This document shows, in pieces, positions 18,961-27,903 of a stretch of 64,000 nt of DNA. The DNA lies in NCBI GenBank assembly GCA_037142615.1, contig JBAXAI010000016.1, forward strand, positions 24,318-88,317. Direction: 5' to 3'. Position numbers and translations under genes: made by a program. The notes beneath the pieces are model-generated. The model saw only the letters and a list, made by a program, of their open reading frames with translations. It did no database searches and was not told the DNA's origin. Positions within the stretch are counted from its first letter, which is position 1. Each line of letters opens with the position of its first letter. This DNA is from Spirochaetales bacterium (GTDB lineage: Bacteria > Spirochaetota > Spirochaetia > JABEVK01).

Positions 18961-19754
18961 AGAATGCCCTTGAGGTAGGTGTAGCTCTGCGCGATGGCCT
19001 TCATGATGTCGCCCTCGTAGCTGTCGATCTCGACCACGCCGAGCTCCATGAACTTGGCAGCCTTGGCCACGGCCACGAGGTCGATGTCGCCAGTGCCGGC
19101 GGGCAGGAAGGGCTTGTCGCTGCTAACCATGATCTTGCCGCTCGACGTGATGGCCTCGGTGAACACGCCCTTTTTGCCGATGCGGCCGTCTTTCAGGTGG
19201 ATGAGCTTGCCGCGCTTGCCGATTTCGGTGACAAACTCCACGGGGTCGCGGCCGCCGAACTTCACCCAGAACACGTCGGCCTCCCACAACACCGTGTCGG
19301 GAGTGTTTTCGAGGAACCAGCGGTAAGCGGGCTTGCCAGCCAGCTCGTTCATTTCCCAGTCGTGGTTGTGGTAGCCCACCTGCATGCCAAACCGTGCGGC
19401 GAACTCGGCGGCTTCACTGTAGAGGGCGGCGGCAGCCTTAATGGTGTCGACGCTGACAAAGTCTTCTTTGAACTTGGGCGACACGCCGGTCACGATGTAC
19501 TTGGTACCGACTTTCTGCGCGTCCTCGATGATCTTGTTGCGGTCGGGACCGATGGGAAGGACGCCGTGGCACGAAGTGGCCGTGAGCCCCAATTCGCCAA
19601 AGAGCACCTTCGCCTTGTCAACGCTCGACCCGGGAAAACCGGCGGTTTCGACGCAAGTGAAGCCCATGGCGGCAATGGCGCGGATGGTCTTTTCGTAGTC
19701 GGCGGCGGCGTGGTCGCGCACGCTGTACAGCTGAACACTGATGGTTGGTTTCAT
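18957..19754 (-). CDS. sugar phosphate isomerase/epimerase (xylose-isomerase-like TIM barrel)
   Basis: QLYSVR, YHNHDWE, EADVFW, IHLKD and GTGDID motifs; GAGGAG RBS. Confidence 0.88.
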   Translation of the reverse strand: MKPTISVQLYSVRDHAAADYEKTIRAIAAMGFTCVETAGFPGSSVDKAKVLFGELGLTATSCHGVLPIGPDRNKIIEDAQKVGTKYIVTGVSPKFKEDFVSVDTIKAAAALYSEAAEFAARFGMQVGYHNHDWEMNELAGKPAYRWFLENTPDTVLWEADVFWVKFGGRDPVEFVTEIGKRGKLIHLKDGRIGKKGVFTEAITSSGKIMVSSDKPFLPAGTGDIDLVAVAKAAKFMELGVVEIDSYEGDIMKAIAQSYTYLKGIL

Positions 19755-19861
19755 TCGTTGCTCCTCATGATGAAGGCATTGTGGCCCGGACAGCGCCGGT
19801 TGGCAATTCGGCAATCCTCTGTTGTATTGCACTTTTCTCTACTCCGTCGCACAATGCTGTG

Positions 19862-20644
19862 ATGAGTCTCCTGAGCCATGTTGTTGCGCTGGAACATGTG
19901 CAGTTCTACCGCGCCCCCGTCGGTCAACCGACCCCCCACCCCATCGACAAAGGTCAAGAACTGGTCGAACTCCTTACCGACGGAAAGGTCGACTTCTGGG
20001 TGGGCGACCAACGCCTGACCTTTGGCCGCGGTACCATGTTTTGGCATCGGCACGGCCAGCAGACCATCTACTTGAACCATGAAAATGACCCCTACCAGTG
20101 TCTCGTTGTCATCTTTTCGGTACGTGGCGAACCCCTGTGGCTTCCGCCGAGGGTGAGCCGGTGGAAAGACGTCGAAGGGTCGCAGGCTTTTGTGCGACTG
20201 ATGCTCGACCTCACGCCCGATAAGCTCTTCCACCGCGAGTTTCACGGTCAACAGGCGTACTCTCAGCTTCTCACCGAGGCCCGGCGGTCTGCCACCAACG
20301 ATCTGCTGACCCAACCATGGCCAAAACCTCTTGCCCAAGCTGTGGAGTTTCTGGAAGCCCACTTTGCAGAACCCATCGGTCTGGAAGAAGTCGCCGCGTG
20401 GGCAGGGATCAGCGTTCCGTGGTTGCACAGCCTGTTTGACAAGCACCTTCACCGGTCGCCGCACCGGATGATCCTCGATCGACGACTCAAGCGGGCCCGC
20501 GAGTTGCTGCTGGAGTCCGAAGAGCCGCTCAAACGCATCGCCTCGCTCTCGGGGCTCGGCTCGCCGCAGTACTTCAACCGGGTGTTTGTCCGTGAAGTCG
20601 GGATGACGCCGCAAAGCTTCCGCCGGGCCTACCGGCGAACGTAG
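19862..20644 (+). CDS. AraC family transcriptional regulator
   Basis: C-terminal double HTH (RLKRARELL...YFNRVF...GMTPQSFR); divergent from the previous operon. Confidence 0.9.
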   Translation: MSLLSHVVALEHVQFYRAPVGQPTPHPIDKGQELVELLTDGKVDFWVGDQRLTFGRGTMFWHRHGQQTIYLNHENDPYQCLVVIFSVRGEPLWLPPRVSRWKDVEGSQAFVRLMLDLTPDKLFHREFHGQQAYSQLLTEARRSATNDLLTQPWPKPLAQAVEFLEAHFAEPIGLEEVAAWAGISVPWLHSLFDKHLHRSPHRMILDRRLKRARELLLESEEPLKRIASLSGLGSPQYFNRVFVREVGMTPQSFRRAYRRT

Positions 20645-20664
20645 CGACAAGCTATACTGGTTCC

Positions 20665-21510
20665 ATGCTTAATCGGTCTTTCTTCCGTGTTCTGGTCGCC
20701 TTCGGTGGCTTAGTCTTGCTGGCGTTGGCGCCCCCGGTTGCCGCCGAAGTTCCCACTCTGGTGGTGCGCTTCCTGGATGTGGGTCAGGCCGATTCGCTGG
20801 TGTTGCAGCAGGGCACCCACGCGCTGCTCATCGATGCCGGCAACAACGCCGACCAAAAGACAGTCTTGGGGGAACTCGACAAATTGGGCCTGAAGCGCCT
20901 CGACGCGGTGATCGGTACCCACGCCCACGAAGACCATATCGGTGCCATGGACGCGGTGATCAAGACGCGCGAGATCGGCACCGTCTACTTTCCACGTCAA
21001 ACGGCCACCACCAAGACCTTTCGCGACTTTGCTACGGCGGTGAAAGCCAAAAACCTCAAGCTGACGGCGCCCAAACCCGGCGAAAGCTTCGAGCTCGGCC
21101 TGGCACACGTGGAGTTCCTCGCCCCGGCGAGGCTGGACTACGAGGACCCCAATGAGTTTTCGATCGTCGTCCGGGTCACGTTTGGCAAGACGTCGTTTGT
21201 GCTCACCGGCGACGCCAGCTTCGAGTCGGAAGGCGAAATGCTGGCCTCGGGACGGAACTTGTCGGCGACGGTGCTCAAGGTAGGCCATCACGGGAGCGCC
21301 ACAGCCAGCTCGGCGGCTTTTTTGGCGGCGGTCCACCCGGCGTTCGCGGTGATCTCGGTAGGCGCCGACAACAAGTACGGGCATCCTACTTCCGAAGCTT
21401 TGGGGCGCCTCAAGGCGGCCGGGGCCACCGTCTACCGGACCGACCAGCGGGGCCTGGTGACGGCGACCAGCGATGGAGCTACGGTGAGCTGGAGCTTCGA
21501 GCGCTCGTAA
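20665..21510 (+). CDS. secreted ComEC-like metallo-beta-lactamase-fold hydrolase
   Basis: Signal peptide; FLDVGQAD, THAHEDHIG, LTGD, KVGHHGS and YGHP motifs. Confidence 0.88.
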   Translation: MLNRSFFRVLVAFGGLVLLALAPPVAAEVPTLVVRFLDVGQADSLVLQQGTHALLIDAGNNADQKTVLGELDKLGLKRLDAVIGTHAHEDHIGAMDAVIKTREIGTVYFPRQTATTKTFRDFATAVKAKNLKLTAPKPGESFELGLAHVEFLAPARLDYEDPNEFSIVVRVTFGKTSFVLTGDASFESEGEMLASGRNLSATVLKVGHHGSATASSAAFLAAVHPAFAVISVGADNKYGHPTSEALGRLKAAGATVYRTDQRGLVTATSDGATVSWSFERS

Positions 21511-24500
21511 GGGCTTCCCAAGCCCTTGCCACCGCTTCGGCTTCGGTGAGGCGTTGCCCTTCGCTGGTCAGCTCGACATATTCTTGTGCCGACAGTTTCT
21601 CTTCACAGACGGCCATCGTGGCTTCGAGGGCTTGTTCCGCCAAAAGGGCAAAGTCCATTCCGATGGACGCCTTGAGCGCCAGGGCCGCCCCCTGCAGAAT
21701 TACCGCCAAGCGCACTTCCCCCTCATGGCTGAGCAGGCGGGCGACATCGATGAGAGTGTTCACGACGGTCGATGTGTCACGAGCCGCCTCGGAAACCCCG
21801 AGCCCTTGGGCCAGCACGCGACGGCTCTCGTCCGAATCGCCTTTGCGGAACAACGCAGCGCCCAAAATAGACTGAGCAAGGGCCAAACTTCCGAGTTCGC
21901 CAATCTCGGCAAAGATTGCCACCGCCTCACGAGCCAGGTCGACGGCGAGCTCGTGCGAGTGTTGCAGGTCGTGCACATTCGACAGGTTGGCCAGGGTGCC
22001 GGCAATGCCCGACTTGTTCCCCATCGAGCGCCTGAGTTCGAGACTTTCCTGAAGCAGCACCAGCGCCTGCTCGTAGTTGCCTTCTTCGGTTTCGACGATG
22101 CCCAGATTGTTGAGCGAAAGCGCAATCTTGTGACGGTCGCCCATTTGTCGCTTGATCGCCAAGCTTTCGCCATGGAAGGCCCTGGCCCGCGCGTAGTGGC
22201 CACGGTTTTGGGCGATGGCCCCGAGGTAATTCAGCGCCGACGAGGTCGAGCGCGGATCGGTTGCCGCCCGTGCGCGTTCCAGTGCTTGTGTCAGCTTGGC
22301 TTCGGCCGCGTCGTAGGCCCCGGTTCTGGCCAAAAAAAGTCCCTCGTCGCACAGGCAGGCCGCCTCGAGAGCTCCCTCACCCAAACCGGCGAACTCGGAC
22401 GTGGCCCGCTGAAGCAGGGTCTGGGCTTCGGCGCTTTCGCCCTTGAGGCCAAGGATCACCCCGACCCCGTAGACGGAACGAGCGGCCAACAGGAGATGTT
22501 TTCCGTTCTCGGCGAGAGCGAGGGCCTGGCGGTAGCAGGACACGGCTTCGTCGAGTCTGCCAACGGTGTCGAGCGTCTCGGCCCGGTCAAGCAAGGCCTG
22601 GGCCCGTTCAACGGGGTCCTGCAGCAGAGCCAGCAACCGCTCGGAGTACCCCAGCGCCGCCTCGTTGGCGTAGGCCTTCGCGGCCGCTTGGCCCGCCTTG
22701 CGGTAATACTCGATTTTCTTGGCCCGGTTGCCGGATCGCCCAAAGTGACTGGCCAAGGCATCCACAGGCAAGTTTTCGGCAAAGGTCGTCTCGAGCCAAA
22801 AGGCCAAACGTTCATGGAGCCTTTCCCGCAAGTCAAAGGGCAGGCTGGCGTACGACACCTCGTGGGTGATGATGTGCTTGAACAGGTAGCGAAGCTCGGG
22901 CTCAGGGGCGTCGAGCGGCGTCAGGTCGACCGATTCCATCACCGAAAGGGCGAGTTTGACGTCGGCCAACGCGCCCACCTCGGGCGAAAAGCCAGGCAGC
23001 CAGTCGGCGTTGAACAGGCGACCGACCACGCTGGCGACCTTGAGGGTTACCTTTTGGCGGTCCGACAACTGGTCGATGCGGGCAAGGATGAGTGATTGCA
23101 GGCTCTCGGGCATATCGAGGGCCGAAAAGGACTTTTCGTCGCTCGGGTCGATGCCCCGGTCGCGGAAGTAGCGGAACAGTTCCTCCATGTAGAAGGGGTT
23201 TCCCTGGGCGAGCTTGAGCAGCATCTCGAGAAACGGTGCCGGAGCACCCTTGCGTTGTTGCGGGTACAAGGCGAACCACTGCGCCTGAGCGGCCTCAAGC
23301 ATGGCGTCCCGGGGCAAATCACCCAGCACAACGGAACGAAGGCCCGACGTTTCGGCAAACCGCGCAAGGGACGAAGGGGGTTCCGGCGGCCGAAAGGCCA
23401 GCGCGAAAAAGATGCGCCCGTGCACCGTCGGCCCCAGCAGGTCGGCCAGGAGTTCCAACGAGACGGCGTCGATCCAGTGAAGGTCTTCGAGCACCACCAG
23501 CAAGGGTTCTTCGCGGGCCAGCGCGGCCAGCAGGTCACCCAACAAGGCGTGGAGGGCCGTCTTGCGCGCCAGCGGATCGAGCCCCTTGGTGAGTTCGGTG
23601 TCTTCGAGTTCCAACCCCAAGACCGGTGCCAGCAGGGGCAAGGCCTCGACCCGGTCCGGAAGCAGGTCCTCAAGGAGTCCTTCGACGGCGCGCAACTGGC
23701 GCCGAACGGGCGCGTTGGGGTCGATGTCGAAAAAGGCGTTCCAAACCGAGCGCCAAGGCAAGTACGGGGTCTGCTGCCCGTCGGACTGGCACGCGCCCCC
23801 AAAGCTGGCAAACGAGGCCTCGCGCGCCCTACGGACGACCTCGGCCAGCAACCGCGACTTGCCCAGACCGGCCTCTCCCACCAGGGCGGCGCTCGAACGG
23901 TTTCCGGCGAGGGCTTCGTTGAGTCCCTGCGTGAGGGCTTCGAGCTCAGCTTTTCTCCCGGCAACCGGCTGAGTGTAGTCGGGCTCTTGGAGCCGGAGCG
24001 AGCGGTCTTTTCGCGGGCCGGCGATCACGAAGGCCTGAATCGGCTCGCTCTTGCCCTTCACCGTGAGCGGTGCGCCTTCTTTGTAGACGAATGCCGCATC
24101 GACGGCGAATCTCACCCGGCCGGTGACGAGAACCTCGCCGGCGGAGGCCTTTTGCATGAGACGGGCTGCCAGGTTCACCTCGTCGCCCAAAGCGCTGAAC
24201 ACCCGGCGGTTCTTGCCACCGTAGGTGCCGACAAACAGCGTCCCCTGGCTGATGCCGACGCGCACGGCCGTCAAGAAGTCGAGAGAAAGGCCCAGGTCGC
24301 GCACCGCCAAGCCTGTGGCAACCGCCCGGCGCGAGTCGTCTTCGTGGGCCCGGACGGCACCGAAGGCGAGGTAGGCGTAACTGCCCTTGTCGCCGATGGT
24401 GATCTGGAAAAGTTCGCCTCCGCGTTGTTCGGCCAAGGTCTGGAGTCGTCGCGTGAAAAGGTCCAGTTGTTCGCCCGCCACGTCGGAGTCCCAGTCGATG

Positions 24501-25234
24501 CCCTCGAAGTGCACAAACAGGGCCACACACGGCCGGAACTCGCCAAGAAAGTCCTGCTGACCGGCCAAAATGCGAGCGTGGATCGACCGGGGCACCCACG
24601 GCCGCAAGACCTCCACGGGCAGCTCGGCAACCGTTTCCTCGGCGCGTCGGGCCAGCGCAGGCCGGACGGCTGTGGGGGCGAGGACGAAGAACCGCGTCGA
24701 AGACTCGGCATCGAAGCGCTCGAACCTCACGCCCCCTTCGGGCACGAAACCCCGGGTGGCTTCGTCGACCACGACCTCGCCCCGCTGGCTGTAGTGCTCA
24801 CCCAGCGCCAACCTTGCGATGGTCGCACCGGCCAGCGCGTCATGGAGTTGCAGCGCCGGATCACCCGCGACCAGGCGCCGCACGGGCCCCGAAGCGACCG
24901 ACAGCTTGATTCCGAGTTCGCTCTCGGCCCCGAGCGAGGCGAGCGCCCCCATCGTGTCCTGAAAGGCAAACGCGCAGTCGACCGCAAGCCTGGCAGCGTC
25001 ACCGGGGTGCTCGTCACCGCCGAACCAGCACTGGATGGCGTCGCCGGCAAAGCCGATCACGCTGCCGCCGCGAGCTTCCACCTGTGATATCAAGGCGGAA
25101 TAGACTTCATCGAGCCGCCGCCCCAGCTCCTCAGCTCCCCGCCGGGCTCCGAACTTCGCGTTCAGGGCCTCGGTAAGCGGGGTGAACCCAGAAATGTCGG
25201 CGAATAGGGCCGTGCCGTTTGCCCGTTCGGGCAA
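21479..25234 (-). CDS. adenylate/guanylate cyclase - STAND ATPase - TPR protein
   Basis: Two cyclase domains (FADISGFT, FAGDA; GDKG, GDEVNLAARLM), P-loop GEAGLGKS, Walker B LEDLHW and TPRs. True start may lie further upstream (see findings). Confidence 0.9.
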   Translation of the reverse strand: MPERANGTALFADISGFTPLTEALNAKFGARRGAEELGRRLDEVYSALISQVEARGGSVIGFAGDAIQCWFGGDEHPGDAARLAVDCAFAFQDTMGALASLGAESELGIKLSVASGPVRRLVAGDPALQLHDALAGATIARLALGEHYSQRGEVVVDEATRGFVPEGGVRFERFDAESSTRFFVLAPTAVRPALARRAEETVAELPVEVLRPWVPRSIHARILAGQQDFLGEFRPCVALFVHFEGIDWDSDVAGEQLDLFTRRLQTLAEQRGGELFQITIGDKGSYAYLAFGAVRAHEDDSRRAVATGLAVRDLGLSLDFLTAVRVGISQGTLFVGTYGGKNRRVFSALGDEVNLAARLMQKASAGEVLVTGRVRFAVDAAFVYKEGAPLTVKGKSEPIQAFVIAGPRKDRSLRLQEPDYTQPVAGRKAELEALTQGLNEALAGNRSSAALVGEAGLGKSRLLAEVVRRAREASFASFGGACQSDGQQTPYLPWRSVWNAFFDIDPNAPVRRQLRAVEGLLEDLLPDRVEALPLLAPVLGLELEDTELTKGLDPLARKTALHALLGDLLAALAREEPLLVVLEDLHWIDAVSLELLADLLGPTVHGRIFFALAFRPPEPPSSLARFAETSGLRSVVLGDLPRDAMLEAAQAQWFALYPQQRKGAPAPFLEMLLKLAQGNPFYMEELFRYFRDRGIDPSDEKSFSALDMPESLQSLILARIDQLSDRQKVTLKVASVVGRLFNADWLPGFSPEVGALADVKLALSVMESVDLTPLDAPEPELRYLFKHIITHEVSYASLPFDLRERLHERLAFWLETTFAENLPVDALASHFGRSGNRAKKIEYYRKAGQAAAKAYANEAALGYSERLLALLQDPVERAQALLDRAETLDTVGRLDEAVSCYRQALALAENGKHLLLAARSVYGVGVILGLKGESAEAQTLLQRATSEFAGLGEGALEAACLCDEGLFLARTGAYDAAEAKLTQALERARAATDPRSTSSALNYLGAIAQNRGHYARARAFHGESLAIKRQMGDRHKIALSLNNLGIVETEEGNYEQALVLLQESLELRRSMGNKSGIAGTLANLSNVHDLQHSHELAVDLAREAVAIFAEIGELGSLALAQSILGAALFRKGDSDESRRVLAQGLGVSEAARDTSTVVNTLIDVARLLSHEGEVRLAVILQGAALALKASIGMDFALLAEQALEATMAVCEEKLSAQEYVELTSEGQRLTEAEAVARAWEALTSARSSSSP

Positions 25235-25310
25235 GGCGAACCCGCCCGCAAGCGAGCGGGCACGGTCCGAGGCGAGGTAAGCTTGAAGTGCGTGCAGCCC
25301 CGTCAGGTCG

Positions 25311-25610
25311 TCATCCCCATAAGTCCTTGGTCAGCTCCTCGATAGACTGCTTTCGCCGGGAAGTTTCGTCGGCATCGATCAGGTAGCCGGCGCGCGTGTG
25401 TCGCAGCACATCGCCGGGTTGGGCTCCCGGTGGCAGTTCAGCGCGTGGCACGTCTTTCATCTGGCGCCGACTGTTCTCGCAGACGGCAAAGTCCCCTTCG
25501 ATTCGGTCGACGACCCAGAACATCGGCGTCCTCCCGGCCTGCGGCCGCTGGTATGGGAACACCATCGGTTCCCTCATGGTTGTAATCTGCATCTGTTGCC
25601 TCCGACTCAC
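25311..25610 (-). CDS. DUF3006-like protein
   Basis: VVDRIEGDFAVCE...LPPGAQPGDVL...ETSRRK; start codon uncertain. Confidence 0.75.
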   Translation of the reverse strand: MSRRQQMQITTMREPMVFPYQRPQAGRTPMFWVVDRIEGDFAVCENSRRQMKDVPRAELPPGAQPGDVLRHTRAGYLIDADETSRRKQSIEELTKDLWG

Positions 25611-25637
25611 CTAACGAGGCTTGCGGAGGGTTTGCTT

Positions 25638-27281
25638 CTAAAAAGTCAGCTCGAGCAGCGAAAAATCGTCTTCAAAGTGATCCACACCGGCCAAACCCTG
25701 AATCTGGTGGAACAGCGCCTGGACGGTGGAGCCGAGGCCGGCCTCGTGGGCCTGATAGGTGAGCATCTCGCTGAACTCGCGGAACACCAGCATCTTGCCG
25801 CTGGACTTGCGGATCTCGTACACGCCGTCGCTGAACAGATACAGCCGGCTGCCACTGGTAACGACCTGCTCCCGGTTCTCGTAGGCATAGCTGGAATCGA
25901 CGCCGATGATCATGTCTGTTGTGGTGAGCTCGACGGCCTGGGCGTTTTTCACTGGCGGTACCAGAAGGCCCGGGGGGGCCCCGGCGCTGGCGAAACGCAA
26001 TTGCCGGCTCGACACGTCGTACACGCCGTACCAGATGGTGAAGTACATGTTGTTCTGGTGTTCCATTTGGAAGTGCAGGTTGAGGGCACCGAGCACCGCT
26101 GCCGGATCGAGAAAGTCCGTGTGGGGCAGGCCCTGCGACCGCAGCACATTCATCACCGAAATGGACAGCAAGGCGGCCCCGATTCCGTGCCCCGAAACGT
26201 CGAGCAGAAACAAAGCCAGCTTTCCGGGTTCCACCCAGTGGTAGTCAAAACAGTCGCCGCCGAGCTTGGCCGACGGCTGAAAAATCCAGTCTGCGTGAAC
26301 GGGGCCATCGCCGAGCGTTTTGGGAAGGAGCTCTTTGACGTAGTCGGCGGCCTCGCCTAGCTCGCGTTCGAGCTGCCTTTGACTCTCGAGCAGGGCCTTG
26401 ATGTACTTCTGCTCCTGGTCACGGTAATGCTTTTTGCTCAAACAGGCGCTGATGCGGGCCTTGAGCAAAATGGGGTCAAAGCTCTTGGGAAGGTAGTCTT
26501 CGGCCCCGAGGCTGATGCAGTGCACCACCGAATCGGTTTCGTCGAGGGCCGAAATCATGATGACGGGAATCTCGCGCAACACCGGGTCGCTCTTGAGCTT
26601 CTCGAGCACTTGAAAACCGTTGAGCCCCGGCATCAGGATATCCAGGAGCACGAGGTCAAAGACGTCCTGCCCCATGATCTGAAGGGCCTTGGTCCCGTCT
26701 TCGGCCCAAGTGACCCGGTGCCCCTGCCGCTCGAGGTGCCGCACGAGAATGTCGCGGTTCATTTCGTTGTCATCAACCACCAGGATTCGTCCCACGGTCT
26801 GATCTTTGAGCTCGGCAGGAACGGCACGTGAGATCTGGCCCATGGCGTAACGGTAGTCACCGCGGTCGATCTCTTCGTCATCGGTGCCCGTGACCTTGAG
26901 CTCCTGCTCCACCAGATCGAGAATTTTGCGGCCGGAGTCGAGGATCTTGAGAACGTCGTCGAGCAGGTAGTCGGCGCCTTCGTCTTCACATTGCTTCTTG
27001 AGGCGCTGGCTGAGCCCCAGAATGATGTACAGCGGACCAAAGAGGTTGCGCCGGAAGCGGGCTGTATCGAACTCGTCGAGGGGCCTTCCTTCGAGGTAAA
27101 ACGACTCCTGAAACACGCGGTGGATGTTTTGCGCCTCACGGAACACGTTTTCGATGTCAACCGACAGCGTGGGAACCGGGGTCTCCTTGAGATCCTCAGC
27201 AAGAATCTCGGAGTAGCCCAGAATGTGATTCAGGTAGGTGCGAAGTTCGTGGCGAAGGTACTTCAGCGACTCGACTTTCAT
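25638..27281 (-). CDS. HisKA-like - receiver - SpoIIE/PP2C phosphatase
   Basis: RHELRTYLNHILG; REC (LVVDD, LDILMP); PP2C motifs GGDCF, DVSGHG, SDGV and EDDFS. Confidence 0.88.
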   Translation of the reverse strand: MKVESLKYLRHELRTYLNHILGYSEILAEDLKETPVPTLSVDIENVFREAQNIHRVFQESFYLEGRPLDEFDTARFRRNLFGPLYIILGLSQRLKKQCEDEGADYLLDDVLKILDSGRKILDLVEQELKVTGTDDEEIDRGDYRYAMGQISRAVPAELKDQTVGRILVVDDNEMNRDILVRHLERQGHRVTWAEDGTKALQIMGQDVFDLVLLDILMPGLNGFQVLEKLKSDPVLREIPVIMISALDETDSVVHCISLGAEDYLPKSFDPILLKARISACLSKKHYRDQEQKYIKALLESQRQLERELGEAADYVKELLPKTLGDGPVHADWIFQPSAKLGGDCFDYHWVEPGKLALFLLDVSGHGIGAALLSISVMNVLRSQGLPHTDFLDPAAVLGALNLHFQMEHQNNMYFTIWYGVYDVSSRQLRFASAGAPPGLLVPPVKNAQAVELTTTDMIIGVDSSYAYENREQVVTSGSRLYLFSDGVYEIRKSSGKMLVFREFSEMLTYQAHEAGLGSTVQALFHQIQGLAGVDHFEDDFSLLELTF

Positions 27282-27859
27282 GGTTTGAGGTGCTCCAGCT
27301 CGCGTTGGTACTGGGAACGCAGACGGCCGATTTCGGCGTCGAGGGCGGGCCCTTCCACGAGTGAGAGGGTCCAAAGCGAACCTGCAAGAAGCAAACGAAG
27401 GTGGAAAAAGGCCTGTTCGGCGTCGGCAGGAACCAGCGTCAGACCGCCTTGGCGGCCCTCTTCGAAAAATGGAACGAGCTTGGCACAGATGCGGTCGAGG
27501 TCCTGCTTGTGGCGCTCCCGGCGGGTTTGCGAAGAAAAGCTGCCCACCAGAAGACTGTGAGCCCGGCGCAACAACCCCTCGGCCTGAGCGAACAGGTCAA
27601 GGGCCCGGCGGGCAAAGGCGATCTGCTGGTTGTCGACCGCCTCGTCGATGGCCGAAGCAAAAAGGTCCCAGACGCCGCTCAGCGAGGCAAGAAAAAGGTC
27701 GTCTTTATCCTGAAAGTAGTTGTAGAGGCTGCCAGGGGTAAAACCGACTCGGTCGGCGATCGCTTGGATGGTCGTCTTGCGGTAACCCAACTCGCCGAAC
27801 ACCTCAAAGGCGGCACGGAGAATCCGTCGGCGTTTATCGGCATGCTGCGAGCTGACCAT
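27278..27859 (-). CDS. TetR family regulator
   Basis: ILRAAFEVFGELGY...GSLYNYFQDKDDL. Confidence 0.9.
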   Translation of the reverse strand: MVSSQHADKRRRILRAAFEVFGELGYRKTTIQAIADRVGFTPGSLYNYFQDKDDLFLASLSGVWDLFASAIDEAVDNQQIAFARRALDLFAQAEGLLRRAHSLLVGSFSSQTRRERHKQDLDRICAKLVPFFEEGRQGGLTLVPADAEQAFFHLRLLLAGSLWTLSLVEGPALDAEIGRLRSQYQRELEHLKP

Positions 27860-27903
27860 CGTCAAATCCTAGTCGGCTTTGGCATGATGCGCAACTGATT
27901 CGG

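Noticed and set aside
20665-21510. Calling it comEC
   Set aside because: Only the MBL domain is present; the membrane competence domain is missing.
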